Source: Malacoraja senta
Taxonomy: Eukaryota
DNA length: 64,000 bases
Direction of reading: 5' to 3'
NCBI GenBank assembly: GCA_038087875.1
Contig: CM075993.1
Location: forward strand, 12,154,001 to 12,218,000
Below the pieces are notes generated by a model that was not told the origin of the DNA, made no database searches, and saw only the letters and a list, made by a program, of their open reading frames with translations. Shown in pieces: positions 39,396-53,273 of this stretch. Every line of letters starts with the position of its first letter. The first letter of the stretch is position 1. A program made the translations under genes and the position numbers.

Positions 39396-41738
39396 ACGTC
39401 GCATCCCAGGCAATATCCTAACAAATCTGCTCTGCACCTTCTCTCAGATAATCGCAACATTTTTGTATCAGCAGACAAGATGCTACAATATAACCTTTAC
39501 CTTTGTCTATTTTGTGAACAGAAACAGTTGAGGCTTCAGCAGGGATCACTGTGATTCCATATTAGTTACTGATATCCAATCCAAAATTGTTCCTTTGCTG
39601 TGATTTTCTGTTAGTTGGTTGCTCAGCCAATATATTGCATGTCCCTATCTTGTGTCATATTCTTTTATATGGCAGCTTATCAAACAGCATTTGGAAATCC
39701 CAATGCACTCATCTACTCCCAATTAATCATACTATTTGTAATATCCTGAAACAACAGAAGCAAATCTGCCAAATACAATCTTCCCTCCTTCGAGCTGCAA
39801 CCATGTTGACTCATTGTCATTGTTTTATAATCTATGTTAATATCACAGTGTATTAGGCTCTTCAGCCCAACTTGTCCATGCTGACCAAGATGCCCTATCT
39901 ACACTTGTCTCACCTGCCTGTGTTTGGCCCATATCCCTCTTAAATGTTGCAATAGTTTCTGCCTCAACTACCTCCTCTGCCAGTTTGTTCCATACACCCA
40001 CCACCTCCTGTGGGAAAAAGGTGCCCTTCACATTCCTATTAAATCTTTTCCATCTCACCTTAAACCTGACCCTTGGTTGTTGATTCCCCAGATAAAGTAT
40101 CTGTGCATTTACCCTATCTATCCTCCCAATTATTTTATACGCCTCTATTTTATACCCCTCACCTTTCTGTGCTCCAAGTCCTAGCCTGCACAACATCTCC
40201 CTATTGCTCAGGCCCTCACGTCCTGGCAACATCCTTGTAAATCATTGCTAGGTCCATTTTCTTACAAGGGTGGCACAGTGGTGCAGCTGGTAGAGGTGCT
40301 ATTTCACAGCACCAGAAGCGTACAATTGATCCTGACCTCGAGTGCTGTCCCTGTGGGGTTTGAACGTTTTCCCTGTGACTGTGTGGGATTCCTTTGGGTG
40401 CTCTAGCTTCCTCCTACATCCCAAAGACCTGCAGGCTAATTGGATGTGAAAGTGGGATAGCATAAAACCCGTGTGAATGGATGATCGATGATCCAATGTG
40501 TGAATGGGTGATCGATGGACTTGATGGGCCAAAGGCCCAGTTTCCATGCTGTATTTCTAAACAAAATTGGTTTATATCAAGATCCAGGGATTTCCAATCA
40601 AGTGGAATTGAAATGTAAAGATTTGCACAATTGATCCTCAATGTCCTGTTCTCACAAGTGAAAGTGGAGATTGAGATTACACGCTGCTGAATAGACAGGA
40701 ACCAGTGACTGGGTTACACCGGGCTGTGGTGGGATTGGATCATCTCTGTGAGAGCTGCAGTCTTCTGCTTCAACATGACAGTACGTCACACAGCATCAGC
40801 AGGAACCCAGGGAAGCAACGTTCTCTTTGCTCTTCATCCCTGGAATTCAGGAGGCATTGCAGTCAGCTGCTGGTCAACCTACCATGTGGGGAAAACGTGT
40901 AGGAAGGAACTGCAGATGCTGGTTTAAACCAAAGATAGACGCAAAATGGTGGAGTAACTCAGCGGGACAGGCAGCATCTCGGGAGAGGAATGGGTGACGT
41001 TTCGGGTCAAGACCTTTCTTCAGACTGCTTTAAGGGTGGGATTAGAATAGGTAAGGGGAGTTGAAAAGTTGAGATGGTTGATGTCACTTTCTTTTTAGGG
41101 GTGAGGTTAGAGTAGTCTGAAGAAGGGTCTCGACCCAAAACATCACCCATTCCTTCTCTCCAGAGATGCTGCCTGTCCCGCTGAGTTACTCCAGCATTTT
41201 GTGTCTATGTGGGGAAAACAGATGAGAGAAGGCCAGGGGCGCTGTCCACTGTGGGAGTGGAGAAGTCCAAAGAGGAGAATTACTCCTTTCACACCACACC
41301 TGAGTTGGCCAGGCCCATGTGCAGATTCTCCCTTTATTCCCAATGGCTCCATTCTTCCTCTGGGGGCTGTCTTGCTGTTCATTTACTCATCTCATCCCCA
41401 CAATTGTTCTTAATCTGATCTCCAGTGATGTTTTATGTATTCCATTGCCCCTCTGCCCTCGTTCTTCCTGCTTGAAGCACCTCTCCAATACTATAATCCT
41501 GACAACCTACTCCTCTTTTCAGTATCTGTACCTACTATTCACATCCCTTGTGCAGAAAGGAACTGCAGATTCTGGTATAACCGAAGGTAGACACAAAGTG
41601 CTGGGGTAGCTCGGCGGGTCAGGCAGCATCTTTGGAGAAAAAGAATGGGTGACTTTTCAGCATCCTTTCGGGATGCATCTCCTTTTGTCTTGATTGAACC
41701 CCTCAATATTACTTGCCTTCCAGGAATTTGCCACCCTA

Positions 41739-42051
41739 ATGGGCCTGTCTCACTTAGGCAACTCTTTAGGCGACTGCCAGGGACTAGTTTTAATGGAATT
41801 CACCTACGACACCTGGCGACAACCTACGACAGCACCTACGACATCTGGCGACAACCTACGACAGCACCTACGACACCTGGCGACAACCTACGACAGCATC
41901 TACGACACCTGGCGACAACCTACGACAGCATCTACGACAACCTGCATCTAACAAATGTCGCCACTATCACCCAAAAATTGTCAACATGTTGAACATTTTA
42001 CGGCAGTCGCCTATAGTCGCCCAAAAAAACGCCTAAGTGGGACAGGGCCAT
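41739..42051. mobile_element. MITE with PIF/Harbinger-like TIRs and an internal 32-bp tandem array
   Basis: Left end GGGCCTGTCTCACTTAGGC (41741) versus right end, reverse-complemented, GGCCCTGTCCCACTTAGGC (42031-42049). Flanks CTA / TTA. Confidence 0.7.
41801..41938 (+). repeat. Tandem repeat, 32-bp unit x about 4.3
   Basis: cacctacgacacctggcgacaacctacgacag repeated head to tail with 1-nt variants. Confidence 0.95.
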
Positions 42052-42169
42052 TTACCCTTCACCCTCACAGGGTGGCAATGGCAGGAATGCTCACTATTTC
42101 ACTTTGAAAGGAATCCCACTTCCCCAACCTAAGTTGACCAACCTCTCAGTCTCCAGCTCTACTTTCACC

Positions 42170-42580
42170 ATCTTTAAATTCACCAATAATCCCACCATTG
42201 TTGGACGTAGAACAATAATAGTACAGGAGGGAGAGTGATAATCTGGTTGAGTGGTAACACAACACCAATCCCGCTCTCAACTTCCCACTGATGGTTGGCA
42301 TCAGGAAAAGAAATTCAAGAGTCCATGAACCTAAATTCATCGATGGGACAGTGATGGAGACAGTGAACAGATTGAAGTTCCTTGGTGTGTATATCTCTGA
42401 TCATGTCCTGGGTCCAGCACATTGATCCAAGCTGAAAGAAAGCTCATCGATGCCTCCTTAGAAGTTCAGCATATCGCTGAATACTTTATTGAATTTCTAC
42501 AGGTGTAAAACGCAGTGCGTACTGACGGGTTGGTCTGGTTTTGTGGCTCAAACACCCAGGAACAAATGAGGCTGCAATAT
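42170..42580 (+). mobile_element. Degenerate Rex1/L2-like LINE fragment
   Basis: Decayed ..LVEW..N..LN.., FLGV.IS and KKAH..L motifs. Confidence 0.55.
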
Positions 42581-43079
42581 GTGATATACATCACAAACAT
42601 AATTCTTCATTTACAACCCAATGATATGAATATTGATTTCTCTAACTTCCTTGCATTCCCTCTCTCTGTGTCCCTCATCCACCCTAGTTGTCCAACAAGC
42701 TTCACAATCATCCTGCTTAGTTTCACTGTTTGTATCCACTCATTATCACCTTCCCCACAGCCAACAATAGACCAATGTGGGCTCCACATTTCCTTCATCA
42801 TCATTGCTGGCTGTGATTTATCCTATTGCATACCTTTCATTTATTTGTTCTTTGAACCTTTTCATATCTCTTGTTTCCCTTTCCCCTGACTCTCAGTTTG
42901 AAGAAGGGTCTCGACCTGAAACATCACCTATTCCTTTTCTCCAGAGATGCTGCCTGACCCGCTGAGTTACTCCAGCATTTTGTGTCTATCTTCATTATCT
43001 TGTGTTACTTTGCCAATATCAAGCATCACACAGCAATGTCCAGCATGTCAAGCAGTATTCAGCCCGATCCAGTATTATA

Positions 43080-43165
43080 CAGTAATATTTAGCATTATTC
43101 AGCATTATTCAGCATTATTCAGTAATATTCAGCATTATTCAGTAATATTCAGCATTATTCAGCAT
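43080..43165 (+). repeat. 10-bp tandem repeat (agcattattc / agtaatattc)
   Basis: About 8 units read directly. Confidence 0.9.
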
Positions 43166-45749
43166 CCTGCAGAATTACATCAGTTGGTCAAATCAGTTGC
43201 CAGTTGAGACACAAACTCAGTGAGCTGGTTGTAGTTGAGATACTTGCCACTGCCCCATCTACACTACTCGGATGTGGACAGGTTTTGCCCATTGAATGGC
43301 ACTAATAACTCAGCAGCAGTTCAGGCTGATGCCTCATCACTACCTTCATCGAGGACAACTAAGGATGGACAAGACATGCTCTCCATCCAACCTCTGCCCC
43401 CAGCGATATACAGCTGTCTGAATGGACATTGATAATACCACAGTACAACCGTTAAAAGACATTTGGAAAGATATCTAGATAGGAAGGGGTCAGAAAGATA
43501 TGGGCTAAACAAAGGCAAGTGCTATCAGGCCAGTACAGCAACTTGGTTGGCCTGAGGAAGGTGGGCCAAACAGTCGGTTTCTGTGCAGTACAGCCCCATG
43601 AGTCTATAACTCTATCTATGACTTCTCCACACTTGTGTTAAACCACTGAATTACAATCTAACTCAGTTCCTCATTATCAGGTCAGACATGTACATGTGAG
43701 GATCTGGGTTATATGCAGGCAGATAGGAGATGGTCTTGGCATCATGTATGGCACAGACACTGTGGGTTGAAGGGCCTGTCCCGGTGCCTATGTTCCATCA
43801 GTAGGTTTTGAAGTGAATTACTGAAGAGCCAATGGGCCAGCACCCAATGTCCGATTTGGGTTTTGGCATCGGTTAATTTGCTTCATAGAATCGTGGACTG
43901 GCAGCCAGGAAGTGCCATGCCTCTGCCAGCACCACCTTCACTGGTCAGGCCAGCATTTCCTCAATCGCACTGAGAATTTCCCCTTTTTCATATCTAATTC
44001 TGCTTTGAAAGCTGCTGTGCAATTTGCTTCCCCAATCCAGGTAGTGACCACTCACTGCGAAAGGAATTCTCCCTTCTGGAGGGCTTCCCCACTCCCACAG
44101 CGGACAGCGCTCCTGGCCTTGTCTCCTCTTGTTCCCCACACTCTGCTCCTGGACAGAGCACAAGCATGTTCCCCTCAACCTCCCCAGTGCCTCTTGCCGT
44201 TACACCAAGCTCCAGGAAACACACCTCATGTTACATCTGGGCACAGCCCTCTCTCCTAGTTGACAGAGACATTTAAAAGGCAATTAGATAGGCACATGCA
44301 GGGAATAGAGGGATATGGATCCCATGCACTTAGAGGGGATTAGAGTCATTGAATCATTCAGCACTGAAACAAGGCCAAAATCTACCCGGCCCATCTGCCT
44401 GCACACATCGTTCTAGACCTTTCCTTCTACGTACCTGTCCAAATGTATTTTAAATGTTGTTTTAGTGTCTGCCGCACCTACCTCCTCTGGTAGCTCAATC
44501 CATATACCAACTACCTTCTATGTGAAAAATGCTGCCCCTCATTTTCCTATTAAACCTTTCCCCTTTCACCTTCATCCTACAATATGTCCTCTGGTTCTTA
44601 ATTCCCACACTCTGGGTAAAATACTCTGTTTAGTTCGACTTGGTGTCATGTTTGGCGCAGATATTGTGGGTTAAAAGGCTGTACTGTTGCTGTATTGTAC
44701 TGTACTGTTCAATGTGTAGCAAGGAACAGTAGATGGTGGTTTATACTGAAGATAGACATAAATGCTGGAGTAACTCAGTAGGTCAGGCAGCATCTCTGAG
44801 AAAAAGGATGGGTGAGTCTGAAGAAGGGTTCCGACCTAAAACATCACCCATCCTTTCTGGAAACAGGCCCTTTGGCCCAACCTGCCCACACTGGCCAACA
44901 TGTCGCAGCTACACTAGTCCCAACTGCCTGCTCTTGGTCCATATCTCTCCAAACCTGTCCTAACTGTTTCTTAAATGTTGGGATAGTCCCAGCCTCAACT
45001 ACCTTCTCTGGCAGCTTGTTCCATACACCCACCACCATTTGCGTGATAAAGTTACCCCTCAGATTCCTGGTAAATAATTTCCCCTTCACCTTGAACCCAT
45101 GTCATCGGGTCCTCGATTCCCCTACTCTGGGCAAGAGATTCTGTGCATCTGCCCGATCTATTCCTCTATTCCTCTTTGTACATTCTGACTTGATGGGCAC
45201 TTGCCAGACTGCACAACATCATCCAGAGACACGTAACACATAACATGTTTGACTGCTCCATCATTTCACCCTATTACATATACTGCACCCTGTACCCTCC
45301 CCAACCTTCTCTGCTAACTAGAGATGCATTCAAAGATATTTTTTGAAGCATCTGCAGGGATTCTTACGAGGGACGAGAGTGGGCATATGATAGATGTGCC
45401 CACGTGAGAGCCCTTTGGGAACAGTGACCATAGATCAGTGAATCTCACAGCTCCAGAGACCTTGGTTTGATCCTGACCTCGGGTGCTGCCTGTGTGAAGT
45501 TTGAACCTTCTCGCTGTGACTGTGTGTGTTTCAACTGGGTGCTTCAATTTCCACCCACATCTCAAAACCTTGCAGGTTTGTAGGTTCATTTGCTCTGTAA
45601 ATTGCTGCTCGTATGTAGGGAGTGGATGCAAAAGTGGGTTAACATAGAACTAGTGTGAAAATGGGTGATCTATGGTCTGTGTGGATTCAATGGGTCAAAT
45701 GGCATGTTTCGAGTAACAAAGAACTGCAGATGCTGGTTTACACCAAAGA

Positions 45750-45923
45750 TAGACACAAAGTGCTGGAGTAACTCAGCGGGACAGGCAGCATCTCTGCAGA
45801 GAAGGAATGGGTGACATTTCAGGTTGCGAAGTCTGAAGAAGGGTCTGGACCCGAAACGTCACCCATTCCTTCTCTCTGGAGATGCTGCCTGTCCCGCTGA
45901 GTTACTCCAGCATTTTGTGTCTA
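45750..45923. mobile_element. Inverted (fold-back) pair of Penelope terminal repeats
   Basis: Left arm 45750-45823 is the near reverse complement of about 45849-45923. Hammerhead-like core at 45833-45860. Confidence 0.85.
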
Positions 45924-46147
45924 ACTATGGACACATTTCCATGGACTATCTTTGATCAGACTGAAATGGAGGCTTATAATACTATAATACTGGAACTAGA
46001 GGACGGAGGTGAGAGGAGAAATTTAAAGAAGTTCTGAGGTATAGGGTTTTACCACTGTGAGTGGCAGTCATCTGGAATAAGCTGCCAGTTACAATTCTAA
46101 CAGTCAAAGGCATTTGAATAGGACTAGAGTAGAGGGATACTGGCCTA

Positions 46148-46830
46148 TGGTTTCAATGGTTTCAATGGTCTTTTATTATCACGTGTACCAACTAAGGGAC
46201 AGTGATATGCAAATTACCATACAGCCATACGAAAAACAAGCAACAAGACACACAACTACATAAAAGTGAACATAAACATCCACCACAGTGGATTCCCCAC
46301 ATTCCTCACTGTGATGGAAGGCAACAAAGTCCAATCTTCTTCCCCTTTATTCTCCCGTGGTCGGGGAAGTCGAACCATCCGTCGGGACGATCGAAGCTCC
46401 TGCAGCTGTCGGTCGAAGCCCCCGCGTTGGGGCGATCGGAACTCCCGCATCAGGGCGGTCGAAACCCCCGCATCAGGGCGGTCGAAGCTCCAGCGGCTTG
46501 GAGTTCCCAAAGTCGTTCTCTGACCAGTGACCGCAGGCTCCGTGATGTTAAATTCTGCAAGCACCAACAGTTGGAGCTCCGAGGTTGATCCCTGGCAAAG
46601 GGGTTGCGAGCTCCGTGATGTTCCGTTGGATTCCCACGGCGAAGTTCTCAAAATCGGTCTCCAGCAAAGGCCGCCAACTTCTCAATGTTAACCCACAGTG
46701 CGGATGGACATACCATAGGGGGGAAAATTACATCCCTGTCGAGGTAAGAGTTTAGAAAAAGTTCCCCCCAGCCCCCCTCCCCCCCCACCCCCACCCCCAC
46801 ATAAAACAAGCTAAAGAACACTGAAAACAT
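46148..46830 (-). mobile_element. GC-rich non-coding retroposon (family X)
   Basis: Stem-loop 46280-46317, AATAAA and (attgaaacc)n tail on the minus strand; internal short duplications. Confidence 0.7.
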
Positions 46831-46899
46831 GACCCCAGAATTAATGGGAAAGAAAGCTCACAAAGGGATAGGAGAGTATGGCCAAGTGTAGTAGGGATC

Positions 46900-49832
46900 G
46901 ATGTGAATGGTGAGATGCGTAAGGAATTAAAAGTATTGTATATGAATGCGCGAAGTATAAGAAGTAAAGTAGATGAGCTTGAGGCTCAGTTAGAGGTTGG
47001 TAGATATGACATTGTGGGGATTACCGACACGTGGCTGCAGGAGGATCGGGTCTGGAAACTTAATATTCAGGGTTATACATCCTATAGAAAGGACAGGCAT
47101 GTGGGCAGAGGAGGGGGGGTAGCTCTTCTGGTGAGGAATGGAATTCAGTCCCTTGTGAGGGAAGACATAGGGACTGACGAGGTAGAGTCTCTGTGGATTG
47201 AGTTGAGGAATTACAAAGGCAAGAAGACACTAATTGGTGTTATCTACAGACCCCCAAATATTAGCCCGGATGTAGGGTGTAAGTTGCAGCAGGAGTTAAA
47301 ACTGGCATGTAACAAAGGTAATGCCACTGTGGTGATGGGGGAATTCAATATGCAGGTAGACTGGGAAAATCAGGTTGGTTCAGGACCCCAAGAAAGAGAG
47401 TTTGTAGAATGCCTCCGAGATGGATTCTTAGAGCAGCTTGTAATGGAGCCGACCAGAGAAAAGGCAATTCTGGATTTAGTGTTGTCCAATGAACCAAATT
47501 TAATAAGAGAACTCGAGGTAAAGGAACCGCTTGGATGCAGTGATCGTATTATGATTAGTTTTAATCTGCAATTTGAGAAGGAGAAGGTTAAATTGGAAGT
47601 GGCAGTGATGCAGTTGAACAAAGGGGATTATGAAGGCATGAGAGGGGAGCTGGCCAAGGTAGACTAGAAGGGACACTGGCAGGAATGACTGTGGAACAGC
47701 AATGGCAAGAATTTCTGGGCATAATCCGGAAGAAACAGGATCATTTAATTCCAAAAAGGAAGAAAGATTCTAAGGGGAGTAGGAGGCAACCGTGGCTGAC
47801 AAGAGAAGTTAGGGATAGAATTAAAAGAAAAGATGTATAACACAGCAAAGAGTAGCCGGAAGCCAGATGATTGGGAAACATTCATAGGGCAACAGAAGGA
47901 AAAAAAACGGGCAATATGGCTGAAAAGATGAAGTACAAAGGGAAGCAGGCCAGGAGTATAAAGGACAGAAAAAGCTTCTTTAGATATGTTAATGGAAAAA
48001 GAGCAGCAAAGTCAAATGTGGGTCCCTTGAAGGCAGACACGGGTGAGATTATTATGGGGAACAAGGAAATGGCAGAAAAGTTGAACAGGTACTTCGGATC
48101 TGTCTTCACTAAGGAAGACACAAACAATCTCCCTGAAGTACTGGAGGACAGAGGATCTAAGGGGGTCGACGAACTAAAATAAATGTTCATTAGGTGAGAA
48201 ATAGTATTGGGTAGGCTAATGGGACTGAAGGATGATAAATCCCCAGGGCCTGATGGTCTGCATCCCAGGGTCCTCAGGGAGGTGGCTCTAGAAATAGTGG
48301 ACGCATTGGTGATCATTTTCCAATGTTCAATAGATTCAGGATCAGTTCCTGTGGACTGGAGGATAGCTAATGTTATCCCACTTTTCAAGAAAGGAGCGAG
48401 AGAGAAAACGGGGAATTACAGACCAGTTAGCCTGACTTCGGTGGTGGGAAAGATGCTGGAGTCAATTATTAAAGAGGTAATAATGGGGCATTTGGATAGC
48501 GGTAAAAGGATTAGTCTAAGTCAACATGGATTTATGAAAGGGAAATCATGCTTGACTAATCTTCTGGAACTTTTTGAGGATGTGACAAGTAAAATGGATG
48601 AAGGGGTGCCAGTGGATGTAGTGTATCTAGACTTTCAGAAAGCCTTTGATAAGGTCCCGCACGGGAGACTGGTGACTAAAATTAGAGCACATGGTATTGG
48701 GGTGTTGACGTGGATAGAAAATTGGGTGGCAGACAGGAAGAAAAGAGTAGGAGTGAACGGGTCCTTTTCAGAATGGCAGGCAGTGGCGCAAGGCTCGGTA
48801 TTAGGGCCGCAACTGTTTACCATATATATTAATGATTTGGAAGAGGGAATTAGGAGCAACACTAGCAAGTTTGCGGATGACACAAAGCTGGGTGGCAGTG
48901 CGAAATCTGAAAAGGATGTTAGGAGGTTGCAGGGTGACCTGGACAGGTTGAGTGAGTGGGCAGATGCGTGGCAGATGCAGTATAATATAGATAAATGTGA
49001 GGTTATCCACTTTGGTGGCAAAAACAAGGGGGCAGATTATTATCTTATTATGTCCTTGTACACCAGTAACTGAAAGTTGGCGTGCAGGTACAGCAGGCAG
49101 TGAAGAAAGCTAATGGAATGTTAGACAATAGACAACAGACAATAGGTACAGGAGTAGGCCATTTGGCCTACATTCAATATGATGTTGGCCTTCATAACAA
49201 GAGGATTTCAGTATAGGAGTAGAGAGGTTCTTCTGCAGTTGTATAGGGCTCTGTTAAGACCACATCTGGAGTATTGCGTTCAGTTTTGGTCTCCTAATTT
49301 GAGGAAGGACATCCTTGTGATTGAGGCAGTGCAGCGTAGGTTCACAAGATTGATCCCTGGGATGGCGGGAGTGTCATATGAGGAAAGATTGAAAAGTCTA
49401 GGCTTGTATTCACTGGAGTTTAGAAGGATGAGGGGTTATCTTATAGAAACATATAAAATTATAAAAGGACTGGACAAGCTAAATGCAGGAAAAATGTTCC
49501 CAATGTTGGACGAGTCCAGGACCAGGGGCCACAGTCTTAAAATAAAGGGGAGGCCATTTAATACTGAGGTGAGAAAAAACTTGTTTACCCAGAGAGTTGT
49601 GAATTTGTGGAATTCCCTGCCACAGAGGGCAGTGGAGGCCAAATCACTGGATGGATTTAAGAGAGAGTTAGATAGAGCTCTAGGGACTGGTGGAATCAAG
49701 GGATATGGGGAGAAGGCAGGCACGGGTTATTGATTGGGGACGATCAGCCATGATCACAATGAATGGCGGTGCTGGCTCGAAGGGCCGAATGGCCTCCTTC
49801 TGCACCTATTTTCTATGTCTATGTCTATGTCT
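46900..49832 (+). mobile_element. CR1 LINE with near-complete but disrupted ORF2 (APE endonuclease plus RT)
   Basis: ORF 46903..47667 is APE (YMNARSIRSK, GITDTWL, GGGVALLV, GVIYRPP, PTREKAILDLVL). ORF 48207..49073 is RT and 49179..49733 is the C-terminus. Several stops and frameshifts; (tctatg)n tail. Confidence 0.97.
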
Positions 49833-52800
49833 CTACATTTAACACATACTATTAAACACAATAGAAAGAAAGGACAGACAGACTGTTGGCGAGGCAGCCT
49901 AATTCAGGCTAATGGGTGTCGTGTAGATAGGCATTGTGGACTTATGTACAAGGTTGTATCATGGACTTGCTTCTGTACTGTACAATCCCTGGACAAACCT
50001 GTTTCCTCATTTTCTCAGTTCTGCTGAAGAGTCCCAGACTTGAAAGGTCATCTGTTTCTCTTTCCACAGATGCTACCTGCATTGCAGAATTTTCCAGCAT
50101 TTTCTGTTTCTGTCTCCTTTCTATTGTCTGTCCTTCTGACCATCTCAGCTGCAGCCTTTCCACTATTCTATCACAACTCCTACGGCATTCGGCAATCCAC
50201 ACGAGCAGTAGATAAGTCTAAAGAAAGGTTCCGATCCGAAACGCCCCCTATTCCTTTTCTATTAAGATGCTGTCGGACCCGCTGAGTTACTCCAGCATTT
50301 AGTGTCTATCTTGGGTATAAACCAGCATCTACAGTTCCTTCCTGCAGAATGGATAGGTTTCTCTGGAATGTGTTGCTTGTAGGTGGGACAGTTTGGAATT
50401 ACTCCCTTGTAGTCTGGAAACATCTCAACAGGTCAATAACTTGTCTGGAATGGCTCACCTGAAGGATGCAGTGGCTGACTGCAAAGCCTTCTGAGTTCCA
50501 GGGGTGAGGAGCAATGAGAAATTTGCTTCCCTGGGCTCCTGTTTACACTATGTGACGTGCTGTCATGTTGAAGCAGAAGACTGACGCTCTCACAGAGCAA
50601 GGGATAAGCGGCAAGGAGCAGCGGGAGAGTCGCTGCCTTACAGTGTCAGGTACCCGGGTTCGATCCTGATGATGGGTGCTTGTCTGTATGGAGTTTGTAC
50701 GTTCTCCATGTGATCTGCGTGGGGTTTTCCCGGATGCTCCGGTTTCCTCCCACACTCCAAAGACACACAGGTTTGTAGGTTAGTTGGCTTCAGTAAAGAG
50801 TGGAAATTGTCCCTTGTGTGTAGGATGGTGCTAGTGTACGGGGATCGCTGTTTGGCACGGAGTCGGCGGGTCTAAAGGCCTGTTTCCGCGCTGTGTCAAA
50901 CTAAACTAAGTTGAGCTAATCCCACCACAGCCCAGTCACTGCCTGCCTCTGGCTCCTGTCTATTCTGCAGCATATAACCTCAATCTCCACTTTCACCTGT
51001 GAGAATGGGGCACTGAGAATCAACTGTGCAGAATTTTACATTTCATTTCCACCTGATTGGAAACCCCTGAAGCTAAAGATAAAAGCACTTGAGGAGTTTT
51101 GCCAAGCATTGATTCAGGATATAAAGAAAAATCATAAAATAATGAAACTAAGTCAACATGGTTGTAGCCAGGAGCGGAGATGGTATTTGGCAGATTTGCC
51201 CGTGTTGTTTCAAGATATTACAAATAATATGAATGATTGGCAAGGGAGCAGACAAGTGCATCGGGGTTTCCAAATGTTATTTAATATGCTGCCGCATAAA
51301 AGAATATTACTCAAGGTGGGGATAGTGTAATATGTTGGCACGGATAGCGAAGCTAATTAACTGAAATGAAAGGGTCATTTTTGGATTGGACATCAGTAAC
51401 TGGCATGGAGTCACAGTGATCCATGCTGAAACCTCAACTGTTTATATTCACAAGATATAAGATGACACAGCGTGTACCATTATCATGTCTTTGCTGGTAC
51501 AAAAATGGTGGGTTGGCAAGTCACGAGGAATTCAGGGAACCAGCAAAGTGACATACTACAGTGGGATCTAGGGGTCCAAGTCCATAACTCCCTGAAAGAG
51601 GCAACACAAATAGACAGAGTGGTAAAGATTTCACATGCCCTTTGTCTATTTAATGACTTCCGCTTTCCGAGCCCCCACTCCCTCATCTTTACTATGGATG
51701 TTCAGTCACTCTGCACCTCCATCCCCCACCAGGAAGGCCTTAAAGCCCTCCGTTTCTTCCTCGACCGCAGAACCATCCCATTTCCCCCCACTAACACTCT
51801 ACTCCACCTAGCAGAGCTGGTCCTCACCCTCAACATCTTCTCCTCTGACTCCTCCCACTTCCTCCAAGTCCAAGGCGTAGCTATGGGCACCCGCATGGGC
51901 CCCAGCTATGCCTGCCTCTTTGTAGGGTACGTTGAAAAATCAGTGTTCCAGGCGTACACTGGCCCTATCCCCGAACTCTATCTCCATTACATTGATGACT
52001 GCATGGGTGCTCCCTCCTGCACCCATGCAGAACTCATGGACTTCATCAACTTCACCACCAATTTTCATCCTGCACTCAAATTTACTTGGACCATCTCCGA
52101 CACCTCCCTCCCCTTTCTTGATCTCACCGTCTCCATCACAAGAAATAGATTATTGATTGACGTCTATTACAAACCCACTGACTCCCACAACTATCTCGAC
52201 TACACTTCTTCCCACCCTGCTTCCTGCAAAGACTATCCCCTTCTCCCAATTCCTCCGTCTATGCCGCAACTGCCTCACTCGTGCCTCCTCAGTACGCCGC
52301 AGCTTCGCCCTTGCTCCCCCTTCCCCTAGTTGCAACAGAGACAGAGTCCCCCTAGTCAATAGACAATAGACAATAGGTGCAAAAGTAGGCCATTTGGCCC
52401 TTCGAGCCATCACCGCCATTCAATGTGATCATTCCCAATCAGTACACCGTTCCTGCCTTCTCCCCATATCCCCTGACTCCGCTATCTTTAAGAGCCCTAT
52501 CTAGTTCTCTCTTGAAAGCATCCAGAGAATCTGCCTTCACCACCCTCTGAGGCAGAGAATTCCACAGACCTTATCTTCCACCCCATCAGCCGTCGCATAC
52601 AACACATAATCCACCGAAGTTTTTGCCACCTCCAGCGGGATTCCACCATTAGCCACATTTTCCCATCTCCACCCCTTTCCATCTTCCGCAGAGACTGTTC
52701 CCTCGGCAACTCCCTGGTTAACATCCCTTCCCACCCAAACCACGCCCTCCCCTGGTACCTTTCACCTGCAATCGCAGAAGATGCAACACCTGTCGCTATA

Positions 52801-53273
52801 CCTGCTCCGTCGACCCTGTCCAGGGACCCTGACAGTCCTTTCAGGTTAGGCAGAGGTTCACTTGCACCTCCTCCAACCTCATCTACAGTATCCATTGTTC
52901 AAGATGTGGACTCTTATACATCGGCGAGACCAAACGCAGACTGGGCGATCGTTTCGCGGAACACCTTCGCTCAGCCCGCCTGAACCAACCTGATCTCCCG
53001 GTTGCTAAACACTTTAATTCTCCTTCCCATTCGTACACAGACCTTTCTGTCCTCGGTCTCCTCCATTGTCAGAGTGAGGCTAAATGCAAATTGGAGGAAC
53101 AGCATCTCATATTTCTCTTCCAGCTTCCAGATGGTATGAATATTGATTTCTCTCACTTCAGGTAACCCCGGCATTCCCTCTCTCTCCATCCCTCCCCCAC
53201 CCAAGTCGCACCAGCTTCTCATTTTCACCCTACAAACAGCTTACAATGGCCTGTTTCCTTTATCATCGTTACT

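Noticed and set aside
41801..41938. 32-bp direct repeats superficially like a CRISPR array
   Set aside because: The units are head to tail with no unique spacers, lie inside a MITE, and there are no cas genes in this eukaryotic context.
46903..49733. Active, intact LINE ORF2
   Set aside because: It has several in-frame stops, frameshifts, a deletion near 49045 and an insertion near 49120.
51472..52329. 285-aa ORF as a novel fusion gene
   Set aside because: It is a chance in-frame junction of a decayed CR1 piece and a Penelope RT fragment that ends in a frameshift.
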